Assembly (NCBI GenBank): GCA_048938895.1
Contig: JBHLLU010000077.1
Location: forward strand, 1 to 12,805
Source of the DNA: Promethearchaeota archaeon
Lineage (GTDB): Archaea > Asgardarchaeota > Lokiarchaeia > Sigyniarchaeales > SOKP01
Reading direction: 5' to 3'
DNA length: 12,805 nt
The notes under the pieces were generated by a model. That model saw nothing but the letters and a program-made list of their open reading frames with translations. It did not search any database and was not told the DNA's origin. This document shows positions 7,054 to 12,805 of the stretch, piece by piece (within the stretch, counting starts at the first letter, position 1; every line of letters begins with the position of its first letter). Made by a program: the position numbers and the translations under genes.

Positions 7054-7674
7054 TTGACAATAGAACAACGTATTTCTGATTATACAATACTGCTCTTTTT
7101 TGGATTGCATATTTTAATATGGACATTACTACCACATGTTCTAACGGGAGTTATGGTGAGCAGTTTAATTATAATGGTAAGCACTATTGGCTTAATCGGG
7201 GAAATTTATGGCATAAAAAAGAACGACGAAATACTGGATTGGTCTGATCAAATTATATTTCATACTATTTTTATAACAGGCGGGGCAGGATTCTTCTTTC
7301 TTATTATTTTTATGACTAATGACGTTCTACTAAGTTTAAATCTGAGTAACTGTTATTTATCTCCAGGAATTTTCTTCTTGATATTAGGCGTTCGTGATAA
7401 AAAGAGGAAGTCAGAAATTGCCCATAAAAGAACTATTAGAAGGATAAAACAAACCCAAAATCATTTAAAAAAGTATGATTCTGATTTTAAACGCATTAAA
7501 GATATTCCTCAAAAAATTAGTGATAAAAAATTAGAAATTGAGAAGATCAACAATAAAGGTTTGCATTTAGAAATGATTCATAGGGAAGAAAAACATATAA
7601 TGAGAGAAATAAAACTTTTGAACAAAGAACTTTCTTCACTTGAAAAAAAATATAGATTAAAGGTTCACTATTAG
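7054..7674 (+). CDS. 4-TM membrane protein with a basic coiled-coil C-terminal tail
   Basis: TTG start, four hydrophobic segments in aa ~10-113, then K/E-rich heptad-like sequence. 6-nt gap to the next gene. Confidence 0.75.
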   Translation: MTIEQRISDYTILLFFGLHILIWTLLPHVLTGVMVSSLIIMVSTIGLIGEIYGIKKNDEILDWSDQIIFHTIFITGGAGFFFLIIFMTNDVLLSLNLSNCYLSPGIFFLILGVRDKKRKSEIAHKRTIRRIKQTQNHLKKYDSDFKRIKDIPQKISDKKLEIEKINNKGLHLEMIHREEKHIMREIKLLNKELSSLEKKYRLKVHY

Positions 7675-7680
7675 ATAAAA

Positions 7681-8145
7681 ATGCTATTCAAATCCAGGAA
7701 AATCCGGAGAGGTTTCATATTTACTACAATTTTCTTTTTCCTATTTAGTGCAATTTGTATTTCCATAGTTTTGGATTCTGAGTGGGATGAAATACCAGAT
7801 GGCTGGATAGCGTTGTATTTCGCGGTTTTGTGCAGTATTGCAGAGATAGGGCTTCTTACTATAGCAATCTATTATTATTCAACGCGGGATATGACATATT
7901 CTCACAAATTCAGTATTGATAATATTTTTATAACCTGGATTTCAATTATATTTTTCATTATAGGTATTTCTCTTATATGTATAGAGCCTGTAGAAAATTC
8001 ACTGTTAGTGGGATACTATACAATTATTGTTATTTCCATTGCATGGATTGCAGGGATAGGGGAGTGGTTGTACAAAAGGAAAAGAAAAAAGAAAAGAGGA
8101 TCCAAGACCCTGATCAAAACAAAGTACCTATTTGCTAAATGTTAG
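7681..8145 (+). CDS. 4-TM membrane protein, paralog of 8157..8657
   Basis: Four hydrophobic helices. Shares M.FK..K....F.....FFF.F....IS and YY..T......KF.I..I..TWIS..F...G..L.C with the next gene. Polybasic tail KRKRKKKR. Confidence 0.8.
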   Translation: MLFKSRKIRRGFIFTTIFFFLFSAICISIVLDSEWDEIPDGWIALYFAVLCSIAEIGLLTIAIYYYSTRDMTYSHKFSIDNIFITWISIIFFIIGISLICIEPVENSLLVGYYTIIVISIAWIAGIGEWLYKRKRKKKRGSKTLIKTKYLFAKC

Positions 8146-8156
8146 AGTGATTCTAA

Positions 8157-8657
8157 ATGATTTTTAAAAACATGAAATCCTGTCAAACGTTTTACTTAAG
8201 TGTGATGTTCTTTTTTTTCTTTGGAGTATTATTTATCAGTTTATTTTTTCAATTCGGAGGATTCAAGTTTGCAGAAAATTTATTTATGTTTCTTCTTGGT
8301 ACTCATTTCAGCACTTCTGGTGTAGCTCTGCTATTAGTTTTGGCTTATTATTTTATAACAGATTCCTATAGGATTTATAGAAAATTCAATATTGAAGGGA
8401 TAACGTATACTTGGATTTCATTTGTTTTTCTCCTAGTCGGAGTTATACTTAGATGTGGAGGAAATTCACCAAAATTGATAATTACTGGATCGTTATTGGG
8501 TTTTATGTTTATCTTACCAGTGATTGGGTGTATTCATATACTGAAGGAAGAAAAAGAAGCATACATGAAAAAAAGGGACCAATATTCAGATATAACTTTA
8601 GAAAAGCTTATCCATTCGGTAAATAATGAATTTGAATATATTACAGGTGATAACTAA
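8157..8657 (+). CDS. 4-TM membrane protein, paralog of 7681..8145
   Basis: Same shared motifs as the previous gene, 11-nt gap from it. Confidence 0.8.
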   Translation: MIFKNMKSCQTFYLSVMFFFFFGVLFISLFFQFGGFKFAENLFMFLLGTHFSTSGVALLLVLAYYFITDSYRIYRKFNIEGITYTWISFVFLLVGVILRCGGNSPKLIITGSLLGFMFILPVIGCIHILKEEKEAYMKKRDQYSDITLEKLIHSVNNEFEYITGDN

Positions 8658-9248
8658 TTAATAAACCTTGAATATTATTAGGATGCTCATACAAGGGGAC
8701 AGTCTTTATCAGTAGTTTTCTTATCTCTTCAATGATTTCCTGTCCATGTTCTCCTTCCAAACTAATGGTTATTTGATTTCTCCGTTTTGGTGGCAATAGA
8801 TCGGATTCTGTGCCATCGTAGTAATACTCACCTTCTGGTTTTTTTGGTACAAATCAACTGAATCAACCCAGGTTATAATATGGTCAATGTTATCGTGAGT
8901 AATTTTTTGAATTTTAGGTTCTCGATGAAATTTCTTCTTATTTGTGAATTTAATTACGTTTTGAGACGTTATATATAAGACTGTTCTTTTTTCCTTACGT
9001 TGTTCCTTTAGAAGGTAAGTACCTGTGATAAATATAAAACCATATATTATTATCATGAATATAAGCATCAGATCTAAATTATCTCTGAATACTTGAGAGA
9101 ACACTAACATTGGAATGTAGAGTGAGATGAATAATATTCCGGGAGATGTTATCACATACAAAATGATTTTTGATTCTCTTTCAATAATAGGTTTAGTTTC
9201 ATATATGATTAATTCGTTTTCTTCTAAGTATGGGTTTATTTCTGTCAA
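8641..9248 (-). pseudogene. 2-TM membrane-flanked bacterial-PH-like protein split by a -1 frameshift near 8838-8853 (pseudogene, programmed frameshift or sequencing error)
   Basis: Frame 0 (8769..9248) has YLEENELIIYETKP, two TM helices, then YITSQNVIK and IQKITHDNIDHI, typical of membrane-associated bPH proteins. The -1 frame continues KKPEGEYYYDGTESDLLPPKRRNQITISLEGEHGQEIIEEIRKLLIKTVPLYEHP to a TAA at 8643-8641. Joined product is about 202 aa. Confidence 0.7.
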
Positions 9249-9258
9249 AGTTTACTTT

Positions 9259-10236
9259 CTATTGTAGAATGGTTTTGTCTATTTTTTTATAAGAACTGTT
9301 GTTTATTTTTATTCTTGAGGTAAATCCTTTGAAGGAATCTATTTTTTTAAATTCTGAATAGGAGATATCAATATCCTCACATGCTCCTAATTTCAATTCT
9401 TTCGCGTAAATCTGATCAATTTTTATTTCAGAGCAAAATTTGAGGATAAGGGTCCCAGAGAAACTACAATCGTTTAACTGAACATTTTTTACATCATATA
9501 ACTTTAGACTCATAATATCTATATTCTTAATGATTAGATGATCTCTTCTATTAAAGATTTCAATTGATTTGATTTCATATTCGATCGAGTCTAAACCATC
9601 AATAATATATGGGTCTTCTTTTGTTCCAGTACCTTTGCAAATTAATTCACGAGTCTCAAGTCCTTTAGAATTAGAATAACAATTTGCGAAGATAAGATTT
9701 CTCTCATCTACATCAGTATCTTGTATACTCTTAAATACAAACTCTTCTGGATTATATACTTCGTTATCTTCAAATATATTATTTCTACTTAAGAATCGAA
9801 AATCCAAGAAATAATTCCAAAATTCACACTTTCTAAACTCATTATAATGAGAATTGACTAATCTGATTGATTCTTCGACCCTTGTTTCAATTACTGAACA
9901 ATAATTGCAAACATCCATTTCTAACCAACTACATCTTGTTTTCTCGATATCAATTTTATCACACTTTCCAAGGCGTAATCTTCTGAATTTGGAATCTATA
10001 ACCGTGATATTTTTACTAAAGTAGAAAGATACAAATCTAAACCTACAGTTTTTTATTATGATATATTTATCAGATTCTACAATATCAAAGTTTAGAGATT
10101 TATCTTCACTAGAATCGATTATTATTGGATCTTCTTTAATTCCGGTGCCCTGGCAATTTAACTCAATTTCTTCATATATTTCGGGCATTCCACTTAGTAT
10201 ATTTTTGTATTTTACTTTACGTACCTTTATTTTCAT
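9259..10236 (-). CDS. Soluble protein with two tandem GxGxxxDPxII-capped beta-helix domains
   Basis: ELNCQGTGIKEDPIII and ELICKGTGTKEDPYII are each followed by ~20-aa LxLxxCxxIxIxxxxF repeats. No signal peptide or TM helix. Confidence 0.9.
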   Translation of the reverse strand: MKIKVRKVKYKNILSGMPEIYEEIELNCQGTGIKEDPIIIDSSEDKSLNFDIVESDKYIIIKNCRFRFVSFYFSKNITVIDSKFRRLRLGKCDKIDIEKTRCSWLEMDVCNYCSVIETRVEESIRLVNSHYNEFRKCEFWNYFLDFRFLSRNNIFEDNEVYNPEEFVFKSIQDTDVDERNLIFANCYSNSKGLETRELICKGTGTKEDPYIIDGLDSIEYEIKSIEIFNRRDHLIIKNIDIMSLKLYDVKNVQLNDCSFSGTLILKFCSEIKIDQIYAKELKLGACEDIDISYSEFKKIDSFKGFTSRIKINNSSYKKIDKTILQ

Positions 10237-10241
10237 TTTTT

Positions 10242-11198
10242 TTAACTTTCAAATTTAATTTTATCTAAATTCTTTCCTTTCATTTGATTTATCGCGCAGT
10301 TCTTAAAGACAATGCCCCCCTCGAAGGATTTTTTTACATTGATTTTGTCAACAGTACAATCAGATATTAAAACATCTTGAACTTGTCCAATCCAGAGTTT
10401 CTTTACCTCAGTTCTTTCAATTTTTACATTTGAACAATAATCTAATAACAAAAGTTTAATTTTGGAATCTTCTATGAATTTGTTTTTGCATCGCGCTAAC
10501 CCGATATATCTAAGATTAAAATTTTTGATGATAACATAATGAACGGTTTCCAATAGGCTAAATCGGTTCATATAAAAAACCTGGGGTGTGAAAATAAATG
10601 GATCGTCTTTATATCCATTCCCCTTACATTCAAATGTGGTAGCTGATTCTGGGATTGTGAATAATTGTTTTTCGAATGAATCATTCATGAGATTTGCAGA
10701 ATCTTTAGAGATTTTACTCAAATGCTTTTCTGGAATTATATTATCCTCAAAACGGTTATCACTGCATCGTTCAAAGAGATTATAATCCAACCTTTGTTTT
10801 ACAATACAGTTTTTGATTAAATTATTAGAACTATTAGAAATACATAATTCTCTTTCTATTTCACACCCATATAAAGTACATTTATGACTCATAACTAAAG
10901 CTAATAATCCGCTAATTACGTCAGTTATCAGTATATTTCTACAACCGCTTACTTCAAGCCAGTCAACGTAGCAATCTTTTAAAGTAATATTTTTTGAAAT
11001 AGAAATCTTTAATGTTGAGACGCTACAATTCGAAATAAGGATATAATCTTCTGATTCATTAATTTCAAAATATTCTGGGAGGTTTGTAGATGGGTTTATA
11101 ATAAACGGGTCTTCTTTTGTTCCGTTTCCTTTACATTCTAGCTCCAGTAGATTATTGTTCTCAGAATAATTGGAACTTTTATAAATTTTAAGTTGCAT
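10242..11198 (-). CDS. Soluble protein with two tandem beta-helix domains, paralog of 9259..10236
   Basis: ELECKGNGTKEDPFII and TFECKGNGYKDDPFIF caps with the same repeat pattern. 5-nt gap to the next gene. The 17-nt sequence GGGTCTTCTTTTGTTCC occurs at both 11107-11123 and 9611-9627. Confidence 0.9.
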   Translation of the reverse strand: MQLKIYKSSNYSENNNLLELECKGNGTKEDPFIINPSTNLPEYFEINESEDYILISNCSVSTLKISISKNITLKDCYVDWLEVSGCRNILITDVISGLLALVMSHKCTLYGCEIERELCISNSSNNLIKNCIVKQRLDYNLFERCSDNRFEDNIIPEKHLSKISKDSANLMNDSFEKQLFTIPESATTFECKGNGYKDDPFIFTPQVFYMNRFSLLETVHYVIIKNFNLRYIGLARCKNKFIEDSKIKLLLLDYCSNVKIERTEVKKLWIGQVQDVLISDCTVDKINVKKSFEGGIVFKNCAINQMKGKNLDKIKFES

Positions 11199-11360
11199 AG
11201 ATTTTTGCGTCGGGATTACAATTGGCTAATTTACAGTAATTAAGAAACATATTATTTTCAAGAGTAATAAGTATTTGGGAAAAACTCTGGTTTTTTATAG
11301 AGGGATTAATAATTAATTTTGAGCTTAGTTTAAGTTTAAAGTCTGGTATTAAAATTGATA

Positions 11361-12092
11361 TTATAAATTGGATGTTCCATCATTTTGGATAGATTTTTGC
11401 TTTTTTTTTTTAATAGAAATTGCAACTTCAGGCAAATATAGTGATGGTATTAATATTATTAGAAAGATAATGAAAAATGATAATTCAAGCCCAGAGTTTG
11501 TCACTAGTGGTAAAATAACCAAAAACACTAGAGATGATATAATTAAAGCCGGTACTAAAATATTCAATTTTAATTTATCATTGAGATCTCTTAAGCGACT
11601 GGATTCGTCTAATTTTAAAGAAAGCTTTTCAGGCACTAGGTTTGCTTCAAAGATATTATCCTTGCACCTTATTTTTTTTAATTGGTTAATAGTGGATTTT
11701 TTAAAAATATTAGAATTGGAGTGATTAAGCTTTAATTTTTCAATTGTACATTCTTCTATTTTAATATTTTCACAAAAAAAGAGTTGTAATTTTCTGTTGG
11801 CAACAACATTTTTAAATTCAATTTTCGTACAATGCTCGATTATATTGTAATTAATCGTACAATTTAATACTCTGATGTTTTGACAATTAGCTAGTAGCAG
11901 TGATTTAATTTGGCAATGTACGATATCAATATAAATATTAGAATTTAGGATTCGAAAGGATTGAGGAAGGTTTCCTGAAGGCTCAATAATAGCAGGATTA
12001 TCTTCTGTCCCAGTGCCTGTACATTCAAGCATAATCTTTTTAAGAAGCACATATTTATATTGAGTTTTAAGTATATAGATTGGAATCTTCAT
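11361..12092 (-). CDS. Single beta-helix domain with a C-terminal 2-TM anchor (start may be the ATG at 12032)
   Basis: MLECTGTGTEDNPAII cap, repeats such as LLLANCQNIRVLNC and LQLFFCENIKIEEC, two hydrophobic helices near the C-terminus followed by KKKKQK. Confidence 0.9.
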   Translation of the reverse strand: MKIPIYILKTQYKYVLLKKIMLECTGTGTEDNPAIIEPSGNLPQSFRILNSNIYIDIVHCQIKSLLLANCQNIRVLNCTINYNIIEHCTKIEFKNVVANRKLQLFFCENIKIEECTIEKLKLNHSNSNIFKKSTINQLKKIRCKDNIFEANLVPEKLSLKLDESSRLRDLNDKLKLNILVPALIISSLVFLVILPLVTNSGLELSFFIIFLIILIPSLYLPEVAISIKKKKQKSIQNDGTSNL

Positions 12093-12142
12093 AAGAATCG
12101 GAACTTATTATTTAATATTGTTTGAAGAGATTTTTTATAGTT

Positions 12143-12163
12143 CACAAATTTTATAGATTTGTG
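12143..12163. promoter_or_regulatory. Inverted repeat CACAAAT-N7-ATTTGTG upstream of the beta-helix cluster (candidate operator)
   Basis: Perfect 7-bp arms around TTTATAG, 51-71 nt upstream of the ATG at 12092. Confidence 0.4.
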
Positions 12164-12569
12164 CTTTTGGACTAAATTTGATAGTTTTACAATTATTAAG
12201 AATCATATTGTTTTTCAAATATATTAAGTATTCGATAAAAACTCTGTTAAAAAGAGAATGAAGAATATGTAGTTCCCATTATCGAACAGAACTGAAAAAA
12301 ATAACAAAATCCATCTAGGAATTGATTTAGCCCTTCGAAAATTTTATTGACATCTAATTCTGAGGAATACCCAATCATATTAATTTGTATCAGCATATCT
12401 CTATGATTCTAGAAAATCAATTTAGAACAATAGAGTGTTTAAACTCTGCTATAAAAAATCAGAGATTTTTTTGAAAAGTGTGACTATGCGAGGATTAATT
12501 TGTTAAAGTCAAGAATGTATAAATTTAGGATCTTCTTATTTTTTCAACAATCCAATAATTTCTAAAATA

Positions 12570-12575
12570 GAGGTG
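12570..12575 (+). promoter_or_regulatory. Archaeal-type SD GAGGTG
   Basis: Lies 7 nt before the ATG at 12583. Confidence 0.65.
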
Positions 12576-12582
12576 TGAAAAC

Positions 12583-12805
12583 ATGGTTGAAAATAAAAGT
12601 TCGCTATTTGGGATTCTGGCACTCATCATTGGAGCAGCGGGTCTGGGGACCGGAGTATTCTCAGTGGTGAATTTCCAATTAGTAGAAGGCCCTCAGGGGC
12701 CACCTGGACAAGAAGGACAAGACATAGTAGGATTACAAGTAGGAATCTTAGATCCCGATCAGTATGAAATTGTCTCAGGGCTTATTGAGGTTCGAATCGT
12801 ACTCT
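12583..12805 (+). CDS. 5' part of a membrane-anchored surface protein with a short collagen-like Gly-X-Y stretch and the probable start of an Ig-like domain
   Basis: Manual translation MVENKSSLFGILALIIGAAGLGTGVFSVVNFQLVEGPQGPPGQEGQDIVGLQVGILDPDQYEIVSGLIEVRIVL, open to the window end. N-terminal TM, GPQ-GPP-GQE-GQD, SD present. Absent from the ORF track because it has no stop in the window. Confidence 0.85.
   Translation, partial: MVENKSSLFGILALIIGAAGLGTGVFSVVNFQLVEGPQGPPGQEGQDIVGLQVGILDPDQYEIVSGLIEVRIVL

Noticed and set aside
10058-11724. ORFs 10058..10258, 10588..10785 and 11368..11724 (+)
   Set aside because: Antisense shadows of the beta-helix genes.
1-12805. CRISPR array, tRNA/rRNA, intact IS element or provirus
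   Set aside because: I saw no regularly spaced short repeats, no GC-rich structural RNA gene, and no transposase, integrase, terminase or capsid ORF.

Overview
Very AT-rich, gene-dense accessory region, probably from an Asgard archaeon of the Lokiarchaeia type. That assignment is an inference from the GGAGTGA/GAGGTG ribosome-binding sites, the GxGTxxDPxII-capped beta-helix proteins and a membrane-anchored collagen-like protein. I found no core housekeeping, rRNA, tRNA or CRISPR features. Main contents: (1) one Cys-rich beta-solenoid module present six times in four genes (two double-domain soluble proteins, one 2-TM protein, one 8-TM + TPR protein), with a frameshifted membrane PH-like gene ending the cluster; (2) an orphan phage tail-collar/HxH fibre protein with a C-terminal SAP/Rho_N-like motif, bracketed by two ~141-bp diverged direct repeats that share a hairpin with compensatory changes; (3) a small gene with a Cys/Trp-rich beta-hairpin C-terminus resembling a peptide precursor; (4) an orphan polymorphic-toxin-like RNase domain translationally coupled to a two-domain partner carrying an A15 tract; (5) three small 4-TM membrane genes, two of them paralogous; (6) partial genes at both window edges. 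All family calls are by eye, without database searches.
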